Assembly (NCBI GenBank): GCA_963767925.1
Contig: CAVYGB010000008.1
Coordinates: 3,248,239 to 3,312,238, forward strand
Length of the DNA: 64,000 nt
Direction: 5' to 3'
Source: an uncultured delta proteobacterium
GTDB taxonomy: Bacteria > Myxococcota_A > Polyangia > Fen-1088
Shown here: piece by piece, positions 18,153 through 29,598 of the stretch
How the letters are laid out: every line of letters begins with the position of its first letter
How positions within the stretch are numbered: position 1 is the first letter of the stretch
The notes under the pieces: model-generated
Database searches by the model: none
The model's input: the letters and a program-made list of their open reading frames with translations, nothing else
Told to the model about the DNA's origin: nothing
Program-made: the position numbers and the translations under genes

Positions 18153-19664
18153 TCAGGCGCCGAACAGGCCCTGGGCGGGGGTCAGGACGTTGTCGGGGTC
18201 GAAGCGGGCCTTGGCTCGGAGCAGGAGGTCCCAGCGGGGGCCGAAGTGCTGTTGCCAATCGGCGGGGGTGAAGTCGGGGACGGCGCCGATCACGTAGCGC
18301 CGGCCGCCGAGGGCGACCGCCTGATCGTGGAGGGCGCGGTTGTCGGCCAGCATGCCCGCCACCTGGGCGGGATCGGCCTCCGGAAGGCGGAGCAGGCTGA
18401 GGTGGAAGGCCGCCGGCTCGTCGGGCACCCGGAACAGCGGCTGCCGGGTGCGGGCGGTGGCGAAGGGGTAGAGCAGGGCCGGGCCCATCACCCCCGGCAC
18501 CAGCACCCCCAGGTCGGCCGGGTCGAGCTGGGCCACCAGGTTGCCGATGAAGCCGGCTGCCTGCGAGGCGGGGAGGAACAGGCTCAGCCAGGGGTGGGCG
18601 GTGTTCCAGCGGCCGAGGCTCTTGATGAAGCCGATCACGGGGTCGATCCGGAAGGCGAAGTCCCGGTAGGCGACGGTGGCGATCTGGGCCTCGGCCCGGG
18701 CGTCGCGCAGCCCCGCCAGCAGGGCGGCGTCGTCGGGCACCTGGGGGGGCGAGAAGTAGGTCGCGGCCTCGATCTGGTAACGCCAGCCGCTGTCGGCGGG
18801 GGTGCGCACGATCTGGCCCTCGAGGTAGCTGAAGCGGCCGTCGGCCAGCAGCAGGAGCTGATCCTGCAGGTAGGTGGCGAGGTCCTCGTAAAACAGATTG
18901 TAGACCCGGGTCTGGGTGGGGGCGGCGACGAGGCGGACCCGGGCGCGCGCGATGATCCCGCACTGGCCCACCCCGGCCAGCACGGCGTGAAACAGGCCGG
19001 GGCGCTGGCCGGGCGAGCAGATCACCCGCCGGCCCTGCCCGGTCACCACCTCCAGCTCCAGCACGGTGTCGACCTGGGCGCCGGCCCGCGAGGTGGAGCC
19101 GCCGATGCCGCCCACGCTGAGGGTCCCGCCGATCGACAGGTGCAGGTAGTCGGTCAGCACGGGGGGCGTGAGGCCAAGCGAGGCGGCGGCGTCGAAGAGC
19201 TGCGACCAGTGCACGCCGGCGTCGACGAGGGCGCTGTCGTTCGAGAGGTCGTGGATGGTGGCCAGCGCGCCGGCGTCGATGACCACCCCACCGGGCGCCT
19301 GGGCCTGGCCGGAGGTGGAGTGGGACTCGCGCAGGTCGGGCGTGCCGGCCTGGCCGTTCATCGACACCTTCAGCCCGTGACGGCGGGCGAAGCGAACCAG
19401 GGCGGCGATGTCCGCCACCGATCCGGGCCGGAGGACCGCGCAGGGCTGGCGCGTGATCAGGCGCCCGAAGTCGCCGGCGAAGGCGGCGCGGGTGGCGGGA
19501 TCGAGGTGCAGGGTCCCGTCGAGGGGCGGGAGCCGGGCGAAGTCGCAGGCCGCCGCCTCGGTGACCCAGGAGCGGGCCCGGGGGTCCCAGCCGATGACCA
19601 GCGGCAGCGGTGCCGCCCCCAGAAGGCCCTGCAGAACGCGACGACGTGAGCAGCCTGAGCCCAT
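18153..19664 (-). CDS. FAD-binding oxidoreductase, cytokinin dehydrogenase-like, with Tat-like signal
   Basis: SRRRVLQG leader; SHSTSGQAQAPGGVVID, TDYLHLSIGGTLS, YLEG, HPWLSLFLP, KARFDPDNVLTPAQG. Confidence 0.85.
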   Translation of the reverse strand: MGSGCSRRRVLQGLLGAAPLPLVIGWDPRARSWVTEAAACDFARLPPLDGTLHLDPATRAAFAGDFGRLITRQPCAVLRPGSVADIAALVRFARRHGLKVSMNGQAGTPDLRESHSTSGQAQAPGGVVIDAGALATIHDLSNDSALVDAGVHWSQLFDAAASLGLTPPVLTDYLHLSIGGTLSVGGIGGSTSRAGAQVDTVLELEVVTGQGRRVICSPGQRPGLFHAVLAGVGQCGIIARARVRLVAAPTQTRVYNLFYEDLATYLQDQLLLLADGRFSYLEGQIVRTPADSGWRYQIEAATYFSPPQVPDDAALLAGLRDARAEAQIATVAYRDFAFRIDPVIGFIKSLGRWNTAHPWLSLFLPASQAAGFIGNLVAQLDPADLGVLVPGVMGPALLYPFATARTRQPLFRVPDEPAAFHLSLLRLPEADPAQVAGMLADNRALHDQAVALGGRRYVIGAVPDFTPADWQQHFGPRWDLLLRAKARFDPDNVLTPAQGLFGA

Positions 19665-19744
19665 CGAGTCCTCCTCGTGTGTTGTGTCGCCCCCGATGCC
19701 GCCAGCGATTATTCCGGAGGTGCTTCCGCCTGGCAACCGGGGGA

Positions 19745-22700
19745 CTACCGTACTGGGGGGCCCGGGCGGAGCGGGGTCACGGGTGAGGGGGCCGGGGGGC
19801 GAGGCTCCACCGGGCCGGGCCGGGGTCCCCGGTTGGGCAGGTCGACGGTGAAGGTGGCGCCGGCGCCCGGCTTGCTCTCGACCCGCACCGAGCCGCCGAG
19901 GGCATCGACGATGGCCCGGGTGATGTAGAGCCCGAGGCCGAGGCCGCCGTACGAGGGCGAGCTGTCCACCCGCTCGAAGCGGCGGAACAGGCGGGCGATC
20001 CGCTGCGCTGGGATGCCGATGCCCCGGTCGGTCACCACCAGGGCGGTGCCATCGGGCTCGGCGCGCACCTCGACGTCGATGGGGTGGCCCCGCCCGAACT
20101 TGACCGCGTTGGACAGCAAGTTCGTGACCACCTGCTCGAGGCGGCGGCGGTCCCAGCGGCCGGCGGCGGGGCCGGGCAGGATCAGCCGCACGCGACAGCC
20201 GGCATCCTCGAGCTGGGGCTCGAAGCGGGCGGTCACCTCGCGCACCACCGCCGCCAGGTCCACCGTCTCGAGAAACATCGTGAGGTGGCCGGCGCGGATG
20301 CGCGACAGATCGAGCAGCTCGTCGATGAGGGCGGACAGCCGCTCGGTCTGGCGGGCCGCCACCCCCACCGCCCGCTCGATGCGCTGGCCGCTGGCCGGCT
20401 GCGATCCGTGCAGGAGGCCCTGCACCGCGAGCTGCAGCGCCGTCAGGGGGGTCTGCAGCTCGTGCGAGGCGACCGAGAGGAACTCCTCGCGCTGGCGGAT
20501 CGAGTCCTGGGCCCGCTCGTAGAGGCGGGCGTTCTCCACCGAGATGGCGATCTGCGAGGAGAGGAGCTGCAGCACCCGCACCCGATCGGGGGTGAAGGCG
20601 TTGTCGACGAGGTGGTTCTCCAGGTAGAGCACGCCGAGGGGTCGCCCCTGCCGGCGGATCGGCACCAGGAGGACCGACCGGGTCTGGTGCAGATCGATGA
20701 AGGGATCGGGCACCGGGCTGCCCCGGGCGGCGCTGCCCAGCACGAGGGGATCTTCGCTCCGGTGGGCGTGGCGGACCAGGGCGCGGGGCACGTCCCGGGA
20801 GGCGGCCAGCGGCGTGCGGGCCAGCGCGGCCGGCTCCCCGCTGGGCCCGGCCGCGTGCACGACGAGGTGGCCCTCCTCGTCGAGGGCCACCGCGCCCCGG
20901 GTGGCGCCGGCCACCTCGCAACAGACCGCGAGCAGCTTCTCGAGCAGGCGGTCGAGCACCACCTCGCCGGAGATGGTCTCGGCGGCCTTCAGCAGGCCGA
21001 TCAGGTCGAGGGTCCGGCCGGCCGCCGCGCCCGAGCCCACCAGGCCCGGGCGGGTGACCTCGCCCAGCTCGGCCGCCAGCAGGTCGGGGTACTCCTCCTC
21101 GAGCGCGGCCGCCTTGGCCCCCGCCCCCCAGCGGGCGTACCCCTCGACCGCGGCGCGCAGGTAGAGCCGGGCGATGCGCCGGCGGGCGCGGGCCCGGTAA
21201 AAACGTCCCGCCAGCTCGTTGCCCAGGGCCTCGTCCTGAACGAACCCGCCCCGGCGGGCGGCGTCGATGGCCTGGTCGTAAAGGCCCGCGGCCTCCTCGG
21301 CCCGGCTCTCGCAGCGGGCCAGCTCGGCCGAGACAAGCAGGTGCAGGTGCGCGAAGTTCTCCGGACAGCCGGCCGCCCAGGCGGCGAGCTGGGCCTGGTT
21401 GGCGGCGACCCGCTCGAGGTGGCGGGCCCGCACCTCGGGGGCCGCGCCCTCGGCCAGGCGGAGCAGGGCCAGCGAGGTGAACAGGTTGTGCTGGGTGAGG
21501 GGGAGGATCCCGAGCACCGCGGGGGCGTGCACGGCGGCGGCGTCGGCCGCGGCCAGCGCCTGGCGCAGGTCCCCGAACAGGAAGGAGGTGGAGAGGCGCA
21601 GGACGAAGTGGAGGAACTGGGCCAGGGGGTTGTCCGCGGCCGCGGCCAGGTGGGCCCGCTCGTCGAAGCCGTCGTCGTCGAAGGTGAAGCGCCCCCGGGT
21701 CTGCCCCTGCAGGCAGCGGATGGCCTGGCGGTAGGCGAGGAGGTAGTCGAGGCCCGCCTTGACCTTGCTCCGCCGAGCCAGGGCCACCGCGCCCTCGAGC
21801 TCGGCCAGGATGCGCGGCAGATCGAGGCCCAGGTGGTAGAGGGTCAACACCAGCACCCCGCTGGCGATGACCGCGAACTGCAGCTCGCCCCCCTCGAGGC
21901 CGCGGGCCACCCCCTGGCGCAGCAGCGAGACGCTCGCGTTGAGCGGAGCGCACCAGTGGTTCACGAAGCAGCAGAACACGTGCACGGTCCGGCACTCCAG
22001 GGCCGGATCGTCGAAGCGGCGGCTCAGCTCGACCCCCAGGCGGCCGAAGCCGTGGGCGTTGGCGTAGTCCCGGTGCAGCCCCGCCAGCAACATGCCGTAG
22101 GCGGTGTAGGCGAAGGGGGAGTGGACCGCGTTGCCGTGTTCAATCGACAGGTTGACCATGCGCCCGACGATGAGGCCAAACAGCATGGGATCGCGGACGT
22201 AGGCCGGCGACAGCAGGTTGGCCAGGAGCTGCATCCGCGCGAGCTGGACGGCGTCGAACATGAACGGCTGCTCGAGCACGTCGTGGCTGCGGCGGCCGGC
22301 CAGGCTGGCCTGCACCGCCTCCAGCTCTTGACCGACCAGCGCGGGGTTGCCCGCGGCGGGCAGGTCGAGGTCGAACAGGGCCAGCCCCCGGCGGCCCCAG
22401 GTGATGGCCTCATCCATGGCCACCCGGGTGGCGCAGGCGACGATGCGCACGTTGAACACCTCGGCCTGCTCGAACCTGGTGCGGGCGGCGGCCAGGGCCC
22501 CCTCCGCCAGCTGATCGCCAACAAGATGGTCCCCGGCGAGAAAGGCGCACTCGGCGCCCTCCCGCTGCAGGCCGAAGCGGAGGTCGTCGTGGGCCGGGCC
22601 GCTGGCGCCGGGCAGGCGCTCGAGGCCGCGGCGCAGGTAGGCCAGGGCCGGTCCGAAGGCGGAGGCCCCCTTGGCCTTGCGGCCTGCCGCGAGCTCGAGG

Positions 22701-24964
22701 CGGGCGAGCTGCTCGCGCTGGTCGGGGCCGCGGGCCAGGTCGGCCCCCCGGTCGAGCTGATCGACGATCTCGAACAGCCGCTCGTCGAGCTCGCCGGGTG
22801 AGGCGTTTTGCAGGAGCTGTTGCCCGATGGCGAGGTGGATCTGCTGGCGCGCGGGCCCGTCGAGCAGCGAAGAGGCCGCCTCCTGCACGCGGTCGTGCAC
22901 GAAGCGGTAAGAGGCGGTCAGGCCCAGCCCCTCGGACTGGTCCGGGCCGGAGCCGTCGGAGAACAGCCCCGGTCTCCGGTAGCGGGGGCCGGCCTGGTCG
23001 GGGACCAGCAACCCCTCGCGGATGGCCCCCCACAGGTCGGAGCCGATCTCTTCCTCCCGCCGCCCCGCCAGCCGGGCCAGCAGCCACAGGTCGACCCGCC
23101 CGCGCACGCAGGCCGCCATCTGCAAGAGGCGCTGGGTGGGGGCGGGCAGGTCGCGGATGGCCTCGAGCATGAGCTCGACCACGTTTTCCGTGATGCCCAC
23201 CCGTTCGATGGCCTGCAGATTCCAGGTCCAGGTCCCCGCGCCCCAGTCGAACCGGAGCAGCCCGGAGCGGTGGAGGTGGCGCAGGAAGCGGACCACGAAG
23301 AAGGCATTGCCCGCGGTCTTGCGCAGCACCAGCTCGGCCAGGGGGCGGCCGGCGTCGGGGGGGACGCGCAGCCCGTCGGCCACCAGCGCGAGCAGGGACT
23401 CGCCCCCGAGGGGGCGCAGCTCGATCGAGCTGGCGGCGGGACCGCCCCGGGCGAGCGCGGCCACCGTGGCAGCGGCGGCGCCGGTCAGGTCGGCGGGCTG
23501 GCCCCGGAGCGCGACGACGACCAGCAGATGGCGGCTGTCGGGGTGGCCGGCCAGCGCCTCCAGCAGGCGCAGCGAGCCCGGATCGGCCCACTGCAGATCG
23601 TCGAGGAAGAGGGTCAGCGGGCGCAGGCCGGCGGCCAGGGCCTGCACCAGCGCCAGAAAGGTGAGATGAAAGCGCGTCTCCGCCTCGATCGGACCCAGGG
23701 GCGGCACCGGGGTGGCGCCCCCCAGCAACGCCTCGAGCTCCGGGATCACGTCGCAGGCGACGCGGGCGTTGCGCCCGAGGGCCTGGCGCAGGCGGGATCG
23801 CCAGTCGTCCGCGGGGCGGCCCGGCTCGTCGAGCAGCCGGCCGATCAGCGGGCGGAAGGCCTCGAGGAGGGGGCCGTAGGGGACGTCGCCCTGCCGCTCG
23901 ACCGGCTTGCCCCACACGAAGCCGGGGCGCACGTCCGGCTGGCGGCCGAGCTCGTGCACGAGGGCCGACTTGCCCACCCCGGCGGCGCCCCCGACGAGCA
24001 CCACGGCGCTGGCCCCCGCCGCCGCGGCCTCGAAGGCGGCCCGCAGCCGGCGGCTCTCCCCCTCCCGGCCGTACAGCCGCTCTCCCCCGAAGGGGCTGGC
24101 GACCAGATCGGCGCGGGCCAGCTCGAAGTCCGGGATGTTCCCCCCGTCGCGCCAGGCCCGCTGGCCCTCTCTCAGATCGGCGAGCAACGCCTCGGCGCTC
24201 TGGTAGCGCTCCCCGGGGGCCTTGGCCAGGAGCTTGAGCACGAGATCGGAGAGGGTGCGGGGCAGCGCCGGGAGGATGCTGGTGAGGGGGACGGGGGCCT
24301 TGGCCAGGTGGGCGTGGACGATCTCGCCCGGATCACCGGCCGGAAAGGGGGGCGACCCGCTCAGCATCTCGTAGAAGGTGGCGCCCAGCGCGTAGATGTC
24401 GGCCCGGTGATCGACGACCCCGCCGGTGCGGCCGGTCTGCTCGGGGGCGATGTAGAGCAGGGTGCCCTCGAGCTCGCCCGGGACGCCCCTGGGGGCGGCC
24501 CCCGAGACCCGGGTGGCGGCGTCGAAGTCGATGAGGGTCACCCGCTGGCCGTCGCGGCCCACCACGACGTTGAAGGGGTTGAGGTCGCGGTGGATGAGGT
24601 TGCGGCGGTGCAGGTCGGCGACGATCCGGGCGAGCTCGACCGCCATCGCCAGAAAGGCGCCCGGGTCCATCGGCTTGCGCCGCAGCCACTCGCGCAGGTT
24701 GTGGGGCCCGGCGTCGGCCAGGACCAGGGCGGGGACCTCCCCCAGCCGGTCGAGGGCCAGCGCCTGGACCACGCCGGGCAGATCGAGGCTGGTCAGCACC
24801 GCGTGCTCGTGGCGCAAGCTGGCCGCGTTCGCGGGCGAGGCGGTGGCGGGATCGATGGTCTTGAGCACCAGGGGGCGATCGTCGTCCGCCCAGCGGGCGC
24901 GGAACACGACGTGCCGCCGGCCCCGGTGCACGAGTTGCAGATCCTGGAAACCTCCCCGCGCCAT
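19745..24964 (-). CDS. Hybrid Ser/Thr kinase - AAA ATPase - GAF - histidine kinase
   Basis: IHRDLNP, YIAPEQTGR, GAAGVGKS, LDDLQWAD, GVLYLEN (GAF), SHELQTPL, NAVKF, GLGLGL; ~1740 aa, uninterrupted. Confidence 0.93.
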   Translation of the reverse strand: MARGGFQDLQLVHRGRRHVVFRARWADDDRPLVLKTIDPATASPANAASLRHEHAVLTSLDLPGVVQALALDRLGEVPALVLADAGPHNLREWLRRKPMDPGAFLAMAVELARIVADLHRRNLIHRDLNPFNVVVGRDGQRVTLIDFDAATRVSGAAPRGVPGELEGTLLYIAPEQTGRTGGVVDHRADIYALGATFYEMLSGSPPFPAGDPGEIVHAHLAKAPVPLTSILPALPRTLSDLVLKLLAKAPGERYQSAEALLADLREGQRAWRDGGNIPDFELARADLVASPFGGERLYGREGESRRLRAAFEAAAAGASAVVLVGGAAGVGKSALVHELGRQPDVRPGFVWGKPVERQGDVPYGPLLEAFRPLIGRLLDEPGRPADDWRSRLRQALGRNARVACDVIPELEALLGGATPVPPLGPIEAETRFHLTFLALVQALAAGLRPLTLFLDDLQWADPGSLRLLEALAGHPDSRHLLVVVALRGQPADLTGAAAATVAALARGGPAASSIELRPLGGESLLALVADGLRVPPDAGRPLAELVLRKTAGNAFFVVRFLRHLHRSGLLRFDWGAGTWTWNLQAIERVGITENVVELMLEAIRDLPAPTQRLLQMAACVRGRVDLWLLARLAGRREEEIGSDLWGAIREGLLVPDQAGPRYRRPGLFSDGSGPDQSEGLGLTASYRFVHDRVQEAASSLLDGPARQQIHLAIGQQLLQNASPGELDERLFEIVDQLDRGADLARGPDQREQLARLELAAGRKAKGASAFGPALAYLRRGLERLPGASGPAHDDLRFGLQREGAECAFLAGDHLVGDQLAEGALAAARTRFEQAEVFNVRIVACATRVAMDEAITWGRRGLALFDLDLPAAGNPALVGQELEAVQASLAGRRSHDVLEQPFMFDAVQLARMQLLANLLSPAYVRDPMLFGLIVGRMVNLSIEHGNAVHSPFAYTAYGMLLAGLHRDYANAHGFGRLGVELSRRFDDPALECRTVHVFCCFVNHWCAPLNASVSLLRQGVARGLEGGELQFAVIASGVLVLTLYHLGLDLPRILAELEGAVALARRSKVKAGLDYLLAYRQAIRCLQGQTRGRFTFDDDGFDERAHLAAAADNPLAQFLHFVLRLSTSFLFGDLRQALAAADAAAVHAPAVLGILPLTQHNLFTSLALLRLAEGAAPEVRARHLERVAANQAQLAAWAAGCPENFAHLHLLVSAELARCESRAEEAAGLYDQAIDAARRGGFVQDEALGNELAGRFYRARARRRIARLYLRAAVEGYARWGAGAKAAALEEEYPDLLAAELGEVTRPGLVGSGAAAGRTLDLIGLLKAAETISGEVVLDRLLEKLLAVCCEVAGATRGAVALDEEGHLVVHAAGPSGEPAALARTPLAASRDVPRALVRHAHRSEDPLVLGSAARGSPVPDPFIDLHQTRSVLLVPIRRQGRPLGVLYLENHLVDNAFTPDRVRVLQLLSSQIAISVENARLYERAQDSIRQREEFLSVASHELQTPLTALQLAVQGLLHGSQPASGQRIERAVGVAARQTERLSALIDELLDLSRIRAGHLTMFLETVDLAAVVREVTARFEPQLEDAGCRVRLILPGPAAGRWDRRRLEQVVTNLLSNAVKFGRGHPIDVEVRAEPDGTALVVTDRGIGIPAQRIARLFRRFERVDSSPSYGGLGLGLYITRAIVDALGGSVRVESKPGAGATFTVDLPNRGPRPGPVEPRPPAPSPVTPLRPGPPVR

Positions 24965-25047
24965 GAAAGTCGTATCGTAGGGCGATTTCGCCGGGCGCAC
25001 CTCCCCTTCTGCGTACTGGATGGTGCTGTTTCAGTCGATGCGGGGTC

Positions 25048-27328
25048 TCACTGACCGCGACGGCGGCGGCCCAGGAACCCGGCGAGCGCGAGCAGCAGCC
25101 AGAGCCCGGGCGAGCCGGCGCCGGCCGCCCCGCCGAGGGCACAGCCACCCTTCGGGCCCGGAGGAGGGGCCTGATCGCAGGCCGGCAGGTTGGAGGTGAT
25201 CTCCAGATCGTCGATGGCCGCCTCGACGCCGCCGTTGCTGAGGTTGGCGTCCTCGGCGACGAAGCGGAACTGGACCGGGCGGCCGACCAGCTCCGCCGGC
25301 AGCGGCACCGAGCGCAGCACCCAGCCGCTCGGTGATCTGGTTGGTCAGGCGATCGATCTCCATCCAGCCGGCGGCCCCGCCGTCGCCGCCCGCGCCGCGC
25401 GCCTGCACCACGAGGCGGGAGTCGGGGCTCACGACCACCCCGGTGCCGCTGGCCGCCGCCTCGAGCCCGGCGAAGCTAATCCAGTAGCGCACGCGCGGCT
25501 GCCGCCAGCCCGCCCCCTCGAACACGGGGGACTGCAAGGTGGTGCGACCGCCGCGCACGAAGAAGTCCCGCGCGCCGGCGCGGGCCGCCAGGCCGGTGAC
25601 CCAGGCCGCCGCGCCGCCGTGGGCCCCCGCGGGCTGCACGGCGCTGCCCACCGTGATCTCGGTGCGCTCGGGGGTGCCCCGTTCCCACACCGCCCCGGCC
25701 GAGCTGTCGGTGCCGTCGGGATTGACCTGCCAGCCGCTGTCGGACTCGAAGCCGTCCCCGGCGGCCGCCTCGGCCCCCAGCACGAGCTGCTGGCGCTTGC
25801 GGTGGTAGTGAAAGTCGCTCTGGGTGACGGCCTTGATCGAGACCTCGGCGCCGCAGGGGTGGCCCCGCAGGTCGAGCGCCAGGCTCGTCGAACGTTTGCC
25901 CCCGGCGGGCAAGGCCCCGATCGCCTGCGACTGGCTGATGGTCTTGCCGTCGACCCGGGCCTCGAGGTCGATCCGGACCCCGGTGGCCTCGCGCTGGCCC
26001 GGGTTGTCGAGGTCCACCTCGACCGCCAGGGGACCCCAGGCGGGCGGCTGGCGGGTCGGGTTGAAGCGCAGGTCGACGACGTCGGAGCGGGCGTCGCCGC
26101 AGTCCTGCGAGACCAAGGTGCAAACAACCATCCGGTTGCCGGTGGCGGCGCGCATCCATTGCTCCCAGAGCAGGCGGGCCCGATCGATGCGCCCGGCGAC
26201 CTGGACGGCCAGGGGGCTGTCCGCGGTCTCGCCCGGGCGGGTGACAACCACCTGCACCTCGCGGAAGTAGTCCTGGCGGGCTCCCGCCAGCAGCTCGTCG
26301 AAGGCGGGGACCCGGGGGCCGTTGGCCGCCACGATGTCGTCGATGGTGACCTCGACCCGGGTGCCGGTGATGGTGTTCTGCAGGGGCTTGGGGGTGCTGG
26401 CGTACTGGCCGCAGCCGGCCCGCCGGTAGCCGGGGATGTCGTCGATGAAGAAGAAGCTCGGCATCTCGTCGGGGGGCAAGAGGCCCATGCCGTAGAGATC
26501 GAGGTTGCCGAAGCGGAAGGTGCGGTCGGACCCGGCGGAGAAGGTGCCGTCCCGGTTGTCGGTCCAGGCGAGCCCGTCGTGCACCGAGCCCTGGGTGTCG
26601 ACGAAGCGGCTGTAGTGCGAGCAGTCGCGACCGAGCAACACGTCCGAGCTGAGGCCGGTGCGCGGGTCGCGCACCGACATGAACATCATCCAGCGGTGGC
26701 CGCTCTCCTGCCCCCAGATCTCGAGCAGGGGGCGCCAGGCCACCTCGGTGTCCTGGTTCACGCCCTGCCAGACCCGCTTCATGTTGAGGATCGAGCGCAA
26801 GGTCCCGGCCGAGCCGTACTGGCGGCCGGCGTCGCGGGGGTTGATGCCCAGACCGCGCACGTCGGCCTTGACCGTGAACTCGTAGGCCCCGGCGTCCTGG
26901 GTGGCGGTCTCGTCGAAGGTGAGCCAGAGGGTCATGGCCGAGAAGTTGTCGCCGAAGCGCTCGAGCACCTTGCGGGCCACCTCGGCCATGCGCACCCCCA
27001 CCCGGTTGCCGTCGGTGGCGACGGTCTGCTCGCTGCCCTCGACGACAACCACCTCCCCCACCTGGCTCACGCCTCCCTGGTCGGGGTAATAGCCAGGGTT
27101 CTGGCGGCGAAAGGCGGCCGCCCGCTCGGCGAACCCCGCGGGGACCTGGAGCTGGCCCGGGCTGCCGTCCACCCGCACCATGGTGGGCGGCTTGACGTGC
27201 ATCGCGGGGTCGTAGGCCGAGACCCAGCGCGTCTGGGCCTGCGCCGGGCGGGCGAGCCCCGGGCCGAGCAGCAGGAGCGAAAACGCGGAAAGGGCGATCG
27301 AGGAGCTGAGCGACAGCGGGCTTGGCAT
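25048..27328 (-). CDS. Secreted metallopeptidase-like protein with MYXO-CTERM-like anchor (frameshift near 25330)
   Basis: Signal peptide; GQESGHRW and LDLYGMGL motifs; C-terminal GGCALGG + hydrophobic segment + RRRR in ORF 25048-25320. Confidence 0.7.
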
Positions 27329-27397
27329 CGGCCTCCGGGGGGATCTCTTACTTGACCCCAGGAGGGTGCCCGCCGGCAAGGGCCAGGCGGGCGCCGC

Positions 27398-28264
27398 TCA
27401 GACGCCAGCGAGGAAAGCCTGGGCGGCGTGGCTCAGCGTGCGGTGGGCGGGGTGCACGAGGTGGATCTTCCGCTCGACGTGCAGCTCCTTGATGCGCACC
27501 TCGCGCAGCGCGCCCTGGGCGATCTCCTCCTCGACGCACATGCGGGGCAGAAAGGCGACGCCCTCGTCCTGCTGGACCAGCTTGCGGATGGTCTCGATGG
27601 TGGGCATCTCCACGTCGCGGTTGAGCGGGACCCGCAGGCGCTGGAACTCGCGCTCCACCACGTCGCGGTAGGGCGAGATCACGTTGTGGGCGATGAAGGT
27701 CTCCATCCCCAGCTCGGAGATGGAGACCGTCTTGCGGCGGGCCAGGCGGTGCTGGGGCGACACGACGAAGGCCAGGTGGTCGGTGTAGATCACCCGGGAG
27801 ACGAGGCGGTCGTCCTCGGGGGCGTAGCTGATCACGCCCAGCTCGAGGTCCCCCTCGATCAGCTCGGCGGGGATGCGGCTCGACAGGCTCCGGCGGATCT
27901 GCACCCGCACCCGCGGGTAACGCCGGCGGTATTCGGTGAGGTGCGGCAGCAGGTAGAGGGTCGTCGACTCGTTGGCCCCGATGGTGAGCCGGCCGCTGGC
28001 GTTGTCCCGCCGCTCGGACATGCTGGTGAGCAGCTCCTGGCGCAGGTTATCGAAGCGGCGGGCAAAATCGAGGACCATGGTCCCCGCGTCGGTCAGGCGG
28101 ACCGCCCGCCCCTGCCGGTCGATGAGCCGTTCGCCGAGCTCCTCCTCGAGGCGCTGCACCGCCAGGGAGATGGCGGGCTGGGTGCGGGCCAGGCGGCTGG
28201 CCGCCCGGGAGAAGCTCTTTTCGGTGGCGACCGCGCGGAAGACCTGCAATCCGTGAAGATCCAT
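27398..28264 (-). CDS. LysR-family transcriptional regulator
   Basis: SFSRAASRLARTQPAIS HTH, LTDAG, substrate-binding domain. Confidence 0.95.
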   Translation of the reverse strand: MDLHGLQVFRAVATEKSFSRAASRLARTQPAISLAVQRLEEELGERLIDRQGRAVRLTDAGTMVLDFARRFDNLRQELLTSMSERRDNASGRLTIGANESTTLYLLPHLTEYRRRYPRVRVQIRRSLSSRIPAELIEGDLELGVISYAPEDDRLVSRVIYTDHLAFVVSPQHRLARRKTVSISELGMETFIAHNVISPYRDVVEREFQRLRVPLNRDVEMPTIETIRKLVQQDEGVAFLPRMCVEEEIAQGALREVRIKELHVERKIHLVHPAHRTLSHAAQAFLAGV

Positions 28265-28302
28265 GTTCAAGCCGTTCGATGAGAATTGAAAGAAGACGGA
28301 GG

Positions 28303-28335
28303 ATAAGTTTCGCTTATAGAATAAGCAAAACCTAT
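28303..28335. promoter_or_regulatory. Tandem LysR-type T-N11-A boxes
   Basis: ATAAG-TTTCG-CTTAT palindrome (28303-28317) and imperfect ATAAG-CAAAA-CCTAT (28321-28335) in the AT-rich divergent intergenic region. Confidence 0.7.
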
Positions 28336-28421
28336 AGATGCCGACACAATAATAAATTCGTCAAATCCAGCGGACGTCTTTATCCTGGTGGAACATTCTT
28401 TTTGCAGAGGGGCCACCACTC

Positions 28422-29574
<1,153 letters not shown>

Positions 29575-29598
29575 CCCGCTCCGCGGTATGGTCCGCGG

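Noticed and set aside
19665..21995. 1280-aa ORF 18153-21995
   Set aside because: The upstream part is an off-frame shadow of the hybrid kinase; the real gene starts at 19664.
20084..27355. Long plus-strand ORFs (905, 748 and 721 aa) and similar antisense ORFs elsewhere
   Set aside because: They mirror real minus-strand genes, as expected from GC3 bias, and show no motifs.
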